40,658 nt of DNA from the IMG/VR virus record IMGVR_UViG_3300012352_000388, positions 1 to 40,658 of that record; one strand, given 5' to 3'. Every line of letters begins with the position of its first letter. Positions within the stretch are counted from its first letter, which is position 1. This DNA is from a virus. Its lineage: Duplodnaviria; Caudoviricetes. The translations under genes and the position numbers were made by a program. Shown here in pieces: positions 7,119-16,658 of this stretch. The notes under the pieces are model-generated. The model saw nothing but the letters and a program-made list of their open reading frames with translations. It was not told where the DNA came from and ran no database searches.

Positions 7119-7202
7119 TATTCCTCGATACTAGAGAATTTCAAGACGGTAGTCTTGGATGGACCTCTTATTTACCGCCGAGCTTTTACGCCCGAACTTA
7201 AT

Positions 7203-7316
7203 CTATTTTTTCGCCTTGCTCTCATGGCATGGGCAATCGCACTGCCAATTCTCTGAAGTGACTACAGCACAATCGCTGTGGTGGCCAGTGATACACCAGC
7301 CAAATCTTTTTGTCAC
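7203..7316 (-). CDS. 37-aa Cys/His-rich micro-protein (GWC..GHH..C...CxCxCH)
   Basis: Manual translation MTKRFGWCITGHHSDCAVVTSENWQCDCPCHESKAKK; GTGA overlap with upstream gene. Confidence 0.65.
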   Translation of the reverse strand: MTKRFGWCITGHHSDCAVVTSENWQCDCPCHESKAKK

Positions 7317-7492
7317 TTAACATCCCTAGGATAGTCAGCCATCCAGTAAAAGATAGCGTCTATCTGTGTTGTTGTATTAGATAGTAGATCTACGATGTGA
7401 CCACCATCTGCCCCGAAATCTTTGGTCAGGGTCTTACGTAGGTGGTCAGTTAGATAGTCTAAGTAGTCTTCAATGTCGAACTGAGTCTTCAC
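7313..7492 (-). CDS. 59-aa hypothetical protein
   Basis: GTG start overlapping the upstream TGA; GAGGAG RBS; MKTQFDIEDYLDYL... Confidence 0.65.
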   Translation of the reverse strand: MKTQFDIEDYLDYLTDHLRKTLTKDFGADGGHIVDLLSNTTTQIDAIFYWMADYPRDVK

Positions 7493-7704
7493 TGCTTGCT
7501 CCTCTTGACTATCTCTAGACCCTCTGCTAACTCAAAGTTCTGATGACATACAGCATGCTCACAAGCACTGTCTGCCTTAAAGTCAAAACAGATCTTATCA
7601 TTAAGTATCTTGATTACGATGGTTAGGGCTTCTACAAATCCCTTGTTATACCCCATCTCGCCAAGCTTCTCGAAATCGCTTAGCTTCATGTTTGGATCAA
7701 ACAT
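7489..7704 (-). CDS. Hypothetical protein
   Basis: 71 aa, TAATG coupling. Confidence 0.7.
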   Translation of the reverse strand: MFDPNMKLSDFEKLGEMGYNKGFVEALTIVIKILNDKICFDFKADSACEHAVCHQNFELAEGLEIVKRSKQ

Positions 7705-7955
7705 TAGAACATCTCCATATAGTCAAAGTCTTCTTTACGTGCAACATAGGTGGTCTGAAAGTCTAGGGACTTGCTCCACACGATAATCTCTGGTACCAGT
7801 GGGTGCATGCGATAGCCAAATTCCTCGAGCTGCTTGACTATCTTCTCATCATACTGCACAAGGAATAGTGGCTCATCGCTATCCCATTCCATCTCATAGT
7901 CTGGGTTGCCCGTGCATGCCAACGTGGTTGGCTTATTTCTTTTAAGTAACTGCAT
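7704..7955 (-). CDS. Leaderless hypothetical protein
   Basis: 83 aa, directly after a consensus promoter. Confidence 0.75.
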   Translation of the reverse strand: MQLLKRNKPTTLACTGNPDYEMEWDSDEPLFLVQYDEKIVKQLEEFGYRMHPLVPEIIVWSKSLDFQTTYVARKEDFDYMEMF

Positions 7956-7961
7956 GTATTA

Positions 7962-7990
7962 ATTATATAGGCTGATAGCCCATATGTCAA
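7962..7990 (-). promoter_or_regulatory. Consensus SigA promoter (leaderless)
   Basis: TTGACA-17-TATAAT, 6 nt to ATG 7955. Confidence 0.85.
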
Positions 7991-7992
7991 GC

Positions 7993-8226
7993 CTATCCCC
8001 AAATATTTTCGCTTGGAGCAGGCTTGTTAGCCTTACCCTCCACGAGTGGGACAATGTCACGGATGTGCAACGGATCTTCCTGTAGCCAGTCTGTACCATC
8101 CAGCTTGACAGTAAGCATACGAATAATCTCCATGTGCTTCTCATCTTTGCCGTCTGCAAGGCCATGGGCATAGCCCATATCGTATGCCTTCTGAACCAGC
8201 TCTAAATTCTTCTTATTTGATATCAT
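7993..8226 (-). CDS. Hypothetical protein
   Basis: 77 aa, TAATG coupling, AYxxGYxxG motif. Confidence 0.7.
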   Translation of the reverse strand: MISNKKNLELVQKAYDMGYAHGLADGKDEKHMEIIRMLTVKLDGTDWLQEDPLHIRDIVPLVEGKANKPAPSENIWG

Positions 8227-8429
8227 TAATTCTTATCCACAACATAGTTAAAGAAGTGCTCCATGAATGTCTGTCTACTCACAATAGAGTCTGGGACATG
8301 CAGGAACGCACCAGTAGATGTTTTCTTTGGGCCGTGGCTGTCCAGGCTATTCTTAAAGTGCTCATTAATTGACGCATAGCTTTTGGTTGAAAAGCCGCAG
8401 CTGCAGCCATATGTATATCTTTTAGTCAT
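8226..8429 (-). CDS. Leaderless small protein with C2H2-like motif (CSCGF...EH...SH)
   Basis: Start MTKRY at 8429 lies 6 nt after the promoter -10; the ORF-track extension to 8615 overlaps another gene. Confidence 0.7.
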   Translation of the reverse strand: MTKRYTYGCSCGFSTKSYASINEHFKNSLDSHGPKKTSTGAFLHVPDSIVSRQTFMEHFFNYVVDKN

Positions 8430-8435
8430 AATACA

Positions 8436-8464
8436 AGTATACTCCGATCGAGGAGTTTTGTCAA
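8436..8464 (-). promoter_or_regulatory. SigA promoter (leaderless)
   Basis: TTGACA-17-TATACT. Confidence 0.8.
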
Positions 8465-8475
8465 TGGGTATGTTT

Positions 8476-8661
8476 TTAGTCTGTTGGCCAAATGGTTGGC
8501 GGAACGGTTTCGTTACAGGTGTAGCAGTAGTGTGAGTACCCTTGATTGTCCAGCCCCCCGAGAGCAATCTCCTCATTCCTTGCTCTCTGGACCATGGTTG
8601 GTGTAGGGTAGCCATAAACTACCTTTACCAGCTCGTTATTACATACTGAACAATTAATCAT
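8476..8661 (-). CDS. Small zinc-ribbon protein (CxxC..VVYGYP...LGG..CxxC)
   Basis: 61 aa; leaderless after TTGACT-17-TATACT (8668-8696). Confidence 0.75.
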   Translation of the reverse strand: MINCSVCNNELVKVVYGYPTPTMVQRARNEEIALGGLDNQGYSHYCYTCNETVPPTIWPTD

Positions 8662-8700
8662 GTATCTAGTATATCAGAAAAAGAATAGATAGTCAACGAA

Positions 8701-9246
8701 TTATGGCACAAACTCAAACTTTTTATTTTTTGTAAACCACATTGGCAATGAGTATCTGTCTTCGGTGATGGCGAATACTTCATGCCTGTCCTCTTTTGAC
8801 TTAAAGATTATAAGGTCTCCAACCTCTGGGGTTAGACCGAAACCAGCATCTGGAAACGAGATCATTCCATTACCATCCAGAGTGTTTAGGTACAGCATAG
8901 CTGTATACTCTAGCTGGTCATTGATTCCACCTGGAACACCATCCTTGTGTGGCATAAGCCTACCACCAGAGTGCTGCTTAGAAAGGAACCACGAGGTAAG
9001 ATATGTCTCACCATCGAGGATTCTATTGGTCTTATCGAAGATGCTAATAAGATTATCTCTAATCTCTGCGGCTGGCTCTATGGTGTGGATGGCCTGATGT
9101 GGAAGCTCTTCGTCATACCCAAACCTCATCATCCATCTGCTACGATCAGCGTTATATACAAATCTAGACAGGTTGTCATCTATGAATGAGATGATTGGTT
9201 CAGCTTCCTTGGCTGATATAAAGTTCTTTATAATTTGAATTGACAT
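8701..9246 (-). CDS. 2OG-Fe(II) oxygenase (prolyl 4-hydroxylase-like)
   Basis: HxD (HKD), YLN, G.I.FP, HEV...RYSL.MW motifs. Confidence 0.85.
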   Translation of the reverse strand: MSIQIIKNFISAKEAEPIISFIDDNLSRFVYNADRSRWMMRFGYDEELPHQAIHTIEPAAEIRDNLISIFDKTNRILDGETYLTSWFLSKQHSGGRLMPHKDGVPGGINDQLEYTAMLYLNTLDGNGMISFPDAGFGLTPEVGDLIIFKSKEDRHEVFAITEDRYSLPMWFTKNKKFEFVP

Positions 9247-9267
9247 TGTATCCTATTTTAACATAAG

Positions 9268-9340
9268 TCCCCCCAGTAGGAATCGAACCTACGACCAAGA
9301 GATTAGAAGGCTCTTGCTCTATCCACTGAGCTATGGAGGG
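9268..9340 (-). tRNA. tRNA-Arg(TCT)
   Basis: Cloverleaf; loop CTTCTAA; C31-U39 mismatch; no encoded CCA. Confidence 0.9.
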
Positions 9341-9345
9341 GTGGG

Positions 9346-9426
9346 TCTCTCAGGTGGGACTCGAACCCACAATCCAAAAGGCAATTGATTTTAAGTCAAT
9401 CGTGTATACCATTCCACCACTAAGAG
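9346..9426 (-). tRNA. tRNA-Leu(TAA)
   Basis: Cloverleaf with variable arm; ATTGA-CTTAAAA-TCAAT. Confidence 0.9.
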
Positions 9427-9432
9427 GTACTG

Positions 9433-9681
9433 CTACCTGGACTCTTTGAACTTCTTGAGTCTGTTACAGTTTGCACAGATAAACAAAAGCTGAGCAATCT
9501 TCAGCTTAGACTTTTCGTAAGTTTCTTTATCTGTAATGCCCTTGATGATAGCATCTACGTTGGTTCCGTCAACTGGATCGAGTTGGCTAGAGTGGAGCAT
9601 CTGGTTACAGCCTACGCATGGACGCTTTAGCTTGTAGTTTTCTACATACTTCAGTGCTTTTTCTTTAAATTCTTTAGACAT
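9433..9681 (-). CDS. Degenerate HNH-like zinc-binding protein
   Basis: PCVGC...ICANCNR; AAGGAG RBS before MSKEF; promoter TTGACA-17-TATACT at 9699-9727; lacks the DH seen in 19246..19497. Confidence 0.7.
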   Translation of the reverse strand: MSKEFKEKALKYVENYKLKRPCVGCNQMLHSSQLDPVDGTNVDAIIKGITDKETYEKSKLKIAQLLFICANCNRLKKFKESR

Positions 9682-9730
9682 GTTTTCTCCTTGTATAAAG
9701 TATACCATCGGAGCATTGTCCTGTCAAGCA

Positions 9731-11659
9731 CTATTTGTGTTCGTGATATATCTCTGCGTCATGGATTATGTAAACATTACCGTGGTCAGCGTCATGGAAG
9801 CTTTGGCAGACAACTACCATCTCGCAGTCAAATTCATTAGTGACATTGTTTATCCAGCCATAACGGATACCATCTTGGAATGGTTTGGCCCTGTATAGGC
9901 AGATACCATTAGATGTAGAATAGTACCTGTCGTAAGCCTTCATCTTGTAGTCATCATCAATTGGGTAGATGCTCTCGTCGTAGACTGGCTTCTTTCTGGT
10001 AGCCCACTGATCATATAATCTCTTATTGCGAATGGTTATTCCAGATACGATGTCGAAGTCTGGGACAACATTCTTGAAGTTGAGGATTCTGGAAACAGTG
10101 TTCATGTCAAACTCTACGTCAGCCTCTACCATCATGACGTAGTCAACATCATTGATGAATCCGCCAGCCTCTATAGCCTTGTTCCTAGCTATTGATAGGT
10201 TCTTTACTCGATCGCCGTCCTTGACTGAGCCATAGAACTTGGTCTGAACATCCTCTAAGATTAGAGATACACGAGAAAATGATGACCAGTCCTTGCCCTG
10301 GAGCTTTTGCTTAGTGTCATCCGTAGAGTCGTTCTCATAGATAGATAGATAGAATTCATAGTTGGGGAAGTTCTTAACAATATTGTTTAGCTTCTTGTGG
10401 TATGAATCTATATACTTACTTTCATTTCTAATGATGGAATATAAAAGAATCTTTTCTTTCTTTGGATCATTATTAGTTTCAACCTGTATCATGGGCAGAC
10501 CTTCTCTTTTGTTTGCTATCGTTTGTTCAATCGCAGAGATGAATGACTCCCCGATCTTTTTCCAGTCGTAGTCTTTTGAAAGCTCTAAAGATCTTTCAGA
10601 CATCTTATTGTATACTGCAGAATCGGTAATAAGCTTTATAGCCTTCACCATTTCCTCTGGGGTCTCTGATATAACCATGCAGCTGTCCCTCTCCGACTGA
10701 GAGAATCCCCTGGCCCCTACTGGTGACGATATAATTGGTAGACCATAACTAAGGGCCTTCATCATCTTCAGATGTGTTCCAGAACCAGACTTCATCGGGT
10801 TAATAAAGGCAAAGGCCTTTGAAAATAGATCCTCAACCTCATCGTTACTAATTTCCTTTATCTTGATAAGGTTCTTTGGAGACGGTAGGTGGTCAACTCC
10901 ACCGACACACGAGCCAGCTATTACGAAGTCGTAGTCTGGAACCATTTTTGCCAGCTCTATAACTCTTTCCGCCGCAATAATGTTTGGTGGGTGACCACTT
11001 CCAATAAAAACAATCCTCTTGTACTTCTGCCCAGCACCAGCAGATATGCCAGGAACCATATCATTTCCATTTGGAATATAGTATGCTGGCTTATCAATAA
11101 TAAAATGAGACTTCATTGCTTCGAAGTCATCTATAGAGCAATACCCTATGGCAGATGATCGATCTATAATGTCTTTTTCAGTTTCATTTACTATTCGGAT
11201 ATCTTCAGATCTTTTCGGGAAAACCTGATTAGCAAGGTCTGTCTCAAAGTTTTGGGAAGAATAGAAAACTGGAATGTCTGTTTTTACCGAGTGAACTAGT
11301 GGTGCCGTGGCATAATGATCAACAACAATGATATCGTGAACCTCTGCTAACTCCTTTAGCTTTGCCTTATAGCTCTTAAAGTATCTTTTAAAATACGCTA
11401 TCCTAGTGTCATTGTTTGGCTTCTTGAGGGTTGTTCTGCCCCTGGCTGCACGAATAACCTCTGGCTCAACAGCAATGGATATGTGGATTAGGCTTTCGGA
11501 CATCTCTTTGCGAAACTCCTGGCCCTCCCAACTAAGAGATAGCAGTGTCACAGAGTGACGCTTTGATAGCGATGTAGTCAGCTTTACAAGCCGCTGCTTG
11601 CCCCCGTGGTTTTCTGAGAACGGGTCTGGGGTTGAAGATAATACTAATATTCTTGACAA
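9731..11659 (-). CDS. Two-domain glycosyltransferase (N-terminal GT4/GT-B, C-terminal GT-A)
   Basis: FINPMKSGSGTHLKMMKALSYGLPIISSPVGARG (GT4); IYENDSTDDT...LSIARNKA...VEADVEF (GT-A). Confidence 0.85.
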   Translation of the reverse strand: MSRILVLSSTPDPFSENHGGKQRLVKLTTSLSKRHSVTLLSLSWEGQEFRKEMSESLIHISIAVEPEVIRAARGRTTLKKPNNDTRIAYFKRYFKSYKAKLKELAEVHDIIVVDHYATAPLVHSVKTDIPVFYSSQNFETDLANQVFPKRSEDIRIVNETEKDIIDRSSAIGYCSIDDFEAMKSHFIIDKPAYYIPNGNDMVPGISAGAGQKYKRIVFIGSGHPPNIIAAERVIELAKMVPDYDFVIAGSCVGGVDHLPSPKNLIKIKEISNDEVEDLFSKAFAFINPMKSGSGTHLKMMKALSYGLPIISSPVGARGFSQSERDSCMVISETPEEMVKAIKLITDSAVYNKMSERSLELSKDYDWKKIGESFISAIEQTIANKREGLPMIQVETNNDPKKEKILLYSIIRNESKYIDSYHKKLNNIVKNFPNYEFYLSIYENDSTDDTKQKLQGKDWSSFSRVSLILEDVQTKFYGSVKDGDRVKNLSIARNKAIEAGGFINDVDYVMMVEADVEFDMNTVSRILNFKNVVPDFDIVSGITIRNKRLYDQWATRKKPVYDESIYPIDDDYKMKAYDRYYSTSNGICLYRAKPFQDGIRYGWINNVTNEFDCEMVVVCQSFHDADHGNVYIIHDAEIYHEHK

Positions 11660-11726
11660 TGTGAACTCCTAGCAACAAGTGTACCATAGTCTCTTGTGCT
11701 ATACTTTTTATAAGATAGGATTAGAA

Positions 11727-12761
11727 ATGAAGAAAGCTCTCATCACGGGTATCACTGGACAAGACGGTTCATACCTAGCAGAATTACTGCTAAACATCGG
11801 ATACGAAGTACACGGACTTGTCCGCAGATCATCAACCGACAACTTTACACGCATTAGGCACATTCTTGATAATGATAGCCTCTTTCTTCACCAAGGTGAC
11901 CTAACAGACTCTGCATCAATAACTAACCTCATTAAGATAATTGAGCCAGACGAAATCTACAACCTGGGTGCTCAGAGCCACGTGCAGGTGTCATTTGATA
12001 CTGCAGAGTTCACTGCCGATACAGATGCCCTTGGCCCATTGAGAATCCTGGAGGCAATTAGAGTTCTAGGGCTAAAGGACAAGACTCGTTTCTACCAGGC
12101 AAGCACCTCGGAGATGTTTGGTCTTGTTCAGGAGGTACCCCAGAAGGAAACCACAGACTTTTATCCTCGCTCTCCATACGGTGTAGCAAAGCTTTATGGC
12201 CACTGGATTACAAAGAATTACAGAGAGTCATATGGCATGCATGCCTCTAGTGGAATTCTGTTCAACCACGAGAGTCCACGTCGTGGAGCAAATTTTGTTA
12301 CAAGTAAGATTGTTCTTGGTTTAAACAACATTAGCGTTGGAAGACAGGATGTTCTCGAGCTAGGAAACCTAGATGCAATGCGTGACTGGGGGCATGCAAA
12401 AGATTTTGTATACGCAATGTGGCTAATGCTACAGCAGGATGTACCAGATGACTATGTTATCTCCACTGGAGAGCAGCACTCGGTTAGAGAGTTTGTGGAG
12501 AAGGCTGCAAGCTACTTTGGAATGGTGATTGAGTGGCATGGGCAAGGACTAGACGAGATCGGTGTTGACGCACTATCTGGTAAGACTGTTATTAAGATTA
12601 ATCCTAAGTTCTTCAGGCCAGCAGAGGTAGAGACTCTTCTTGGTGACTGCACAAAGGCCTCCACTAAGCTTGGCTGGGTCAGGAAGCGTTCCTTTGAAGA
12701 CCTTGTTGATGACATGTGTGAAAATACCGCTAAGGTTTTCCCTAACCATCAGGGAGAGTAG
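11727..12761 (+). CDS. gmd: GDP-mannose 4,6-dehydratase
   Basis: [64 protein letters not shown]. Confidence 0.97.
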   Translation: MKKALITGITGQDGSYLAELLLNIGYEVHGLVRRSSTDNFTRIRHILDNDSLFLHQGDLTDSASITNLIKIIEPDEIYNLGAQSHVQVSFDTAEFTADTDALGPLRILEAIRVLGLKDKTRFYQASTSEMFGLVQEVPQKETTDFYPRSPYGVAKLYGHWITKNYRESYGMHASSGILFNHESPRRGANFVTSKIVLGLNNISVGRQDVLELGNLDAMRDWGHAKDFVYAMWLMLQQDVPDDYVISTGEQHSVREFVEKAASYFGMVIEWHGQGLDEIGVDALSGKTVIKINPKFFRPAEVETLLGDCTKASTKLGWVRKRSFEDLVDDMCENTAKVFPNHQGE

Positions 12762-13447
12762 TGGACTACGTTTACATCTGTCGTAAAGGTGATAATGAAG
12801 AGCTTCGATACTCCATTCGATCTGTTGTAGAAAATCTACCGCCTGGAAATATCTGGGTTATTGGTTACAAGCCTAACTGGTACACTGGAAACTTTATTCC
12901 AGTTCGAGACACACAGTATAAGTTTGACAACATAAAGAAGTGTATGTCTGCCATAGTGAGCAGCAATGAGATATCGGATGACTTTGTATCGATGCATGAT
13001 GACTTCTTTATCACTAAAAAGATAGACTCTGTCCCCATTCTGCATGGTGGACTGCTAGAAGATCGTGTATCCCTATATCAGAAGCTAACTCCAAGCTCCA
13101 TGTACACCAGGCTTCTTGCAAGCACACACAAGAGGCTTGTAAAGCTCGGGATACCGAACCCACTAGACTATGACATCCATGTTCCAATGGTGATGAACAA
13201 GGTACTGCTAGACAAGGTGCTTACCATGCCATATCTAGAAAGATCAAACTACGGAAATATATTTGCTATCGGTGGAGCCTTGAGTAATGACGTCAAGGTG
13301 TACTCCAAGGGTAGAATGAGCTCTAGGTCCTATGACTTTTTAAATGGAGAGTCATACTTTTTATCCACAGAGGACAGTTCTTTTGAAAATATCCGTGATG
13401 ATATTGCAAAACTATTCCCCACTCCATCCGCATACGAAGCTACCTGA
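12761..13447 (+). CDS. Stealth-family-like (CR2) sugar-1-phosphotransferase
   Basis: DNEELRYSIRSV...IG.KP.W...ISDDFVSMHDDFF...HVP. Confidence 0.65.
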   Translation: MDYVYICRKGDNEELRYSIRSVVENLPPGNIWVIGYKPNWYTGNFIPVRDTQYKFDNIKKCMSAIVSSNEISDDFVSMHDDFFITKKIDSVPILHGGLLEDRVSLYQKLTPSSMYTRLLASTHKRLVKLGIPNPLDYDIHVPMVMNKVLLDKVLTMPYLERSNYGNIFAIGGALSNDVKVYSKGRMSSRSYDFLNGESYFLSTEDSSFENIRDDIAKLFPTPSAYEAT

Positions 13448-13455
13448 TAGATCAG

Positions 13456-13983
13456 TTAACCTGCAGGTCTCTGACAAAGCTCCAAGATTGTTTTATACTT
13501 TGCATTTGCTTCTTCAAATAAAGAATCATCCAGATCTTCGCTAAAAACTTTTTGATAAAAGTCTGTGTCAGCCATGCTAGAGAGGTTTGAGCTAAGAACA
13601 AATCCATCTGGGACATCAATCTTTGCCTTATTTGCAATATCAAAAATTGCCCACTCTAGATAGTTAAAGTCATAAAGATTTAGGTAGTCTATGTTCTCAA
13701 TGAATAGGTCTATTGCTTTGCAATAGTCACCAAGAGTGTCTACAATTACCTGCTTTATATTCTGGATGCTACCAGGATCATTGTACTCTGCGTGTGCAGC
13801 ACAAGAAATCACGGTGTCTCTTGGATTTCTTACAATTGCAACCTGAAACTTGCTTCTATCCCTTAAAATATCATGAAAGCGTGGTGGATTCTTGGCAACG
13901 CACTGATGCCCAATCATCTTATCTAGATTAAGCTTAGCAAACTGAGAACCACTTCTCGGAAAGCTGTTTATTGAGATGTCCAT
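13456..13983 (-). CDS. Sulfotransferase-like protein
   Basis: NSFPRSGSQF and IVRNPRDTVIS motifs; same family as 6092..6664. Confidence 0.7.
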   Translation of the reverse strand: MDISINSFPRSGSQFAKLNLDKMIGHQCVAKNPPRFHDILRDRSKFQVAIVRNPRDTVISCAAHAEYNDPGSIQNIKQVIVDTLGDYCKAIDLFIENIDYLNLYDFNYLEWAIFDIANKAKIDVPDGFVLSSNLSSMADTDFYQKVFSEDLDDSLFEEANAKYKTILELCQRPAG

Positions 13984-14031
13984 AGGTTATTCTTTCTAGT
14001 GTCCAACAACTATACCATAGTCACTGACAAG

Positions 14032-14105
14032 TACTCCAGGATGGGATTGAACCATCGGCCTTCAGTTTATAAGTCTGATGCTCTTACCTACTGAGCTACT
14101 GGAGC
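14032..14105 (-). tRNA. tRNA-Ile(TAT)
   Basis: Cloverleaf; TCAGA-CTTATAA-ACTGA with A31-A39 mismatch; discriminator A. Confidence 0.85.
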
Positions 14106-14109
14106 AAAG

Positions 14110-14183
14110 TGGGGTGTGTGGGACTTGAACCCACGACCGACGGATTATGAGTCCGCTGCTCTAACCAGCTGAGCTAACACCCC
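14110..14183 (-). tRNA. tRNA with CAT anticodon, probably Ile2 (lysidine type)
   Basis: GGGGTGT acceptor, GCGGA-CTCATAA-TCCGT; lacks initiator features and resembles actinobacterial Ile2. Confidence 0.85.
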
Positions 14184-14188
14184 CAAGA

Positions 14189-14728
14189 CTAATGACTAAT
14201 AAGATAGTCTACAGTCTCGTAAAGATCTTCTAGGGATCCAATATTGTTTATTTCCTTGGTAAACTGGTAATTATCCAAAGATGTCTCTGATATGTGTCCA
14301 TTTGCTGCATAAACGCCTGGCTTAGATACCCTCCAAACGGCCCCAGATGCCTCGAGAATCGATTTTGCCTCATTCTCGAAGCGGACATCTGCAAAAACTA
14401 CTCTCGGGTATTCTGCAGCTTTTGCCATGGCTTGGTTAACCCAAAAGTCTTCTCCAAATAGCTCACGACCTACCTCGGTACCCATTCTTTGCATCAGGCC
14501 ACGAACGTCTGGACTATCAGCTTTTACATTCTCCCAACCCAGTCCAGCAACAGCCGTAGACAGGGGAACACCCTGCATGTCAGCAATTGTTACCTTCGGA
14601 TCCAGCAAGATCAGTGCCTTTCGAATAGGGTCTGCAAAAGACACCTTTGTAAAGCCATGATTCTTAACTAAATAATTAGCAACAGTATCCTTGCCCGACT
14701 GGGCATATCCACTTAATCCAATAATCAC
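14189..14728 (-). CDS. Deoxynucleoside monophosphate kinase
   Basis: IIGLSGYAQSGKDT, SFADPIR, MQRMGTEVGR, DVRFENE, HISE. Confidence 0.9.
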   Translation of the reverse strand: MIIGLSGYAQSGKDTVANYLVKNHGFTKVSFADPIRKALILLDPKVTIADMQGVPLSTAVAGLGWENVKADSPDVRGLMQRMGTEVGRELFGEDFWVNQAMAKAAEYPRVVFADVRFENEAKSILEASGAVWRVSKPGVYAANGHISETSLDNYQFTKEINNIGSLEDLYETVDYLISH

Positions 14729-15414
14729 TGTCTTGCTGCTTTCATAGTCTGTGGGAATACTTCTGCTGTCAACTTCTCTACTGCCTTTGCATACTCTTGG
14801 ATTTCAACCTGGGCATCGTGTCCGAGTCGCTGGTCTAGGAAAGTCATTACGCTCTGTAGAGATGCAGTCCAACGCCAACGGACATACATCCCGTATGCTG
14901 GCAAGAATAGTCGTGCAATCTCTGGAGCAACGTTATCATCCATTGCTTGGTGATATAGGCTGGTACCGCTAGCTACAGTTTCGATTAGCTTCTTGAAGTA
15001 GAACTGCCCCAAATTTTCGTTGATTGGCTCACCGCTACCCTGCTTGCTATTCTCTGGCTTGCTACGCCACTCCTCTGGTCCAGGAATGTAGAACTGCTCA
15101 TCTTCTGTGATATATCGACGAGATGATTCGTTCCATCCGTTCTGATCGTCTACGTGACTGGATGAAACAGCATACTTCCACCACTGACGTGCAACAAACA
15201 GCGGAGCATAGACTTCGAAAGTCAGTGCTGCGTGTCTGAATGGACTGGTGTGACCCTCACGTACCAGGAAGCTGATTAGCTTCTCATCACGTGGCTCGAA
15301 CTCTGATGACTCTTTGTCGTAAGATACTCTAGCAGCATTTACCACTGAAAGATCGTCACCCAAAGTGTCTACCAGTCTTACGTATCCTTCGTCTAGAACT
15401 TTGACATTAGTCAT
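14725..15414 (-). CDS. thyX: Flavin-dependent thymidylate synthase
   Basis: VVNAARVS, HTSPF.H, PLFVARQW, NESSRRY, PEIARLFLP, AQ.EI. Confidence 0.93.
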   Translation of the reverse strand: MTNVKVLDEGYVRLVDTLGDDLSVVNAARVSYDKESSEFEPRDEKLISFLVREGHTSPFRHAALTFEVYAPLFVARQWWKYAVSSSHVDDQNGWNESSRRYITEDEQFYIPGPEEWRSKPENSKQGSGEPINENLGQFYFKKLIETVASGTSLYHQAMDDNVAPEIARLFLPAYGMYVRWRWTASLQSVMTFLDQRLGHDAQVEIQEYAKAVEKLTAEVFPQTMKAARQ

Positions 15415-15700
15415 TTACAAGTGCCTTCAATTCTGGATACTCTAGATACTCTGGATATTCTGCCAAGACTTCTTTTGCAGTCTTAGCAATGGCATCCCAG
15501 TTGTCTAGCATTTGCAGCCAGACACCCTCTGGGACAACATTCTTCCACTCACCACCCATATACATGGTAGGAATGTGGGTCTTATCAATAATCGTATAGC
15601 CCCACTTGAGACCACCTTCTTCATGCGGTGCGATTAGTATCTCTTGTGGGTCTAAACGAAGTCCTATGCCTTTTAGCTGGCCCTCAATTGGCTCTGTCAT
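15407..15700 (-). CDS. Hypothetical protein
   Basis: 97 aa, AGGAG RBS. Confidence 0.75.
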   Translation of the reverse strand: MTEPIEGQLKGIGLRLDPQEILIAPHEEGGLKWGYTIIDKTHIPTMYMGGEWKNVVPEGVWLQMLDNWDAIAKTAKEVLAEYPEYLEYPELKALVND

Positions 15701-15863
15701 GGAGTCTCCTAAGTCTTTTTGTGTACTCTGCTACCTTAGCAGATATCTTTGGTTTTGTAAAGTAGTTCCAGTTATTCAAAAGCCAATGCTTATAAACTGG
15801 AATAGGGTAATCAAGAATGCCCCACAGGTAAGACCAGTGGCTGGTTGCTCTATGTCTACTCAT
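15684..15863 (-). CDS. 59-aa basic hypothetical protein (MSRHRA...)
   Basis: Manual translation; fills the gap and overlaps both neighbours. Confidence 0.6.
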   Translation of the reverse strand: MSRHRATSHWSYLWGILDYPIPVYKHWLLNNWNYFTKPKISAKVAEYTKRLRRLHDRAN

Positions 15864-16065
15864 CGGTGGTGATAAGTGGATTAATCTTTTTACGAATAAC
15901 GTCTAGAACATGCTTGATGTAGTACGCATAGTACGGATCTTCATCAGCAATCTTAAAGTATTCCTTTTCAAATTCATCATGAAGTGTGTGTAGTGCAGCC
16001 TCGTAGCCACGCTCATATTCATCTGCGTAGTTGATGTCTGGAATTCTTCCCATCGCTCTATCCAA
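15856..16065 (-). CDS. Hypothetical protein
   Basis: 69 aa in operon order. Confidence 0.7.
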   Translation of the reverse strand: MDRAMGRIPDINYADEYERGYEAALHTLHDEFEKEYFKIADEDPYYAYYIKHVLDVIRKKINPLITTDE

Positions 16066-16348
16066 TCACTGCAAAGATGTCTCGGTAGGCAACGATCAGA
16101 TACTTCTTGCCTTCGTGCTCTACTTCTGTACCCTGGTATTTAGAAAAGATAACCTTATCCCCTGGCTCTACCGCCATCTCCATAGTACTACCATCTGCAA
16201 ACTTAGCTCCTGGACCAACAGCCACCACGACTGCCTCCTGTGGCTTCTCTTCTGCTGTTCCTGCAATGATAAGGCCAAACTGAGTTGTCTTCTCTTCTAC
16301 CTTTGGTAGCTCCAAGACTACCTTATCTTCTAGTGGCTTAATACTCAT
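16058..16348 (-). CDS. groES: Co-chaperonin GroES
   Basis: IKPLEDKV, GLII.GTA.EKPQEA.VVAVGPG, GDKVIFSKY.GTEV, DIFAVI. Confidence 0.95.
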   Translation of the reverse strand: MSIKPLEDKVVLELPKVEEKTTQFGLIIAGTAEEKPQEAVVVAVGPGAKFADGSTMEMAVEPGDKVIFSKYQGTEVEHEGKKYLIVAYRDIFAVIG

Positions 16349-16349
16349 T

Positions 16350-16601
16350 CTAGTACCCATCCTTCTGGTGTGTTACACCGTGCTTGTCGTCAATGTATTT
16401 GTGGATCTTGCGTAGTGCTACCGCCTTTGACACGGCAAAGCCTACCAAGAGGAATACGGCATTCCAGAAAAACTCTGATATCATATGCTCTAATCCAAAT
16501 GTGACCTCGATGATTGTGTCCAAGAGAGATTCCCCCCCATGGGCATGCTCATCTACGTGGTCTTCTAGTTCCGAACTAATTACAGAATAAAATTGATTCA
16601 T
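16350..16601 (-). CDS. Small His-rich membrane protein
   Basis: 83 aa, one hydrophobic helix, His clusters at both ends. Confidence 0.7.
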   Translation of the reverse strand: MNQFYSVISSELEDHVDEHAHGGESLLDTIIEVTFGLEHMISEFFWNAVFLLVGFAVSKAVALRKIHKYIDDKHGVTHQKDGY

Positions 16602-16629
16602 TATTGCCTCTCATAGCTTTTATATATAC

Positions 16630-16658
16630 ATTATACATAAAGCTGGAGGCTTTGTCAA
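16630..16658 (-). promoter_or_regulatory. Consensus SigA promoter
   Basis: TTGACA-17-TATAAT. Confidence 0.85.
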
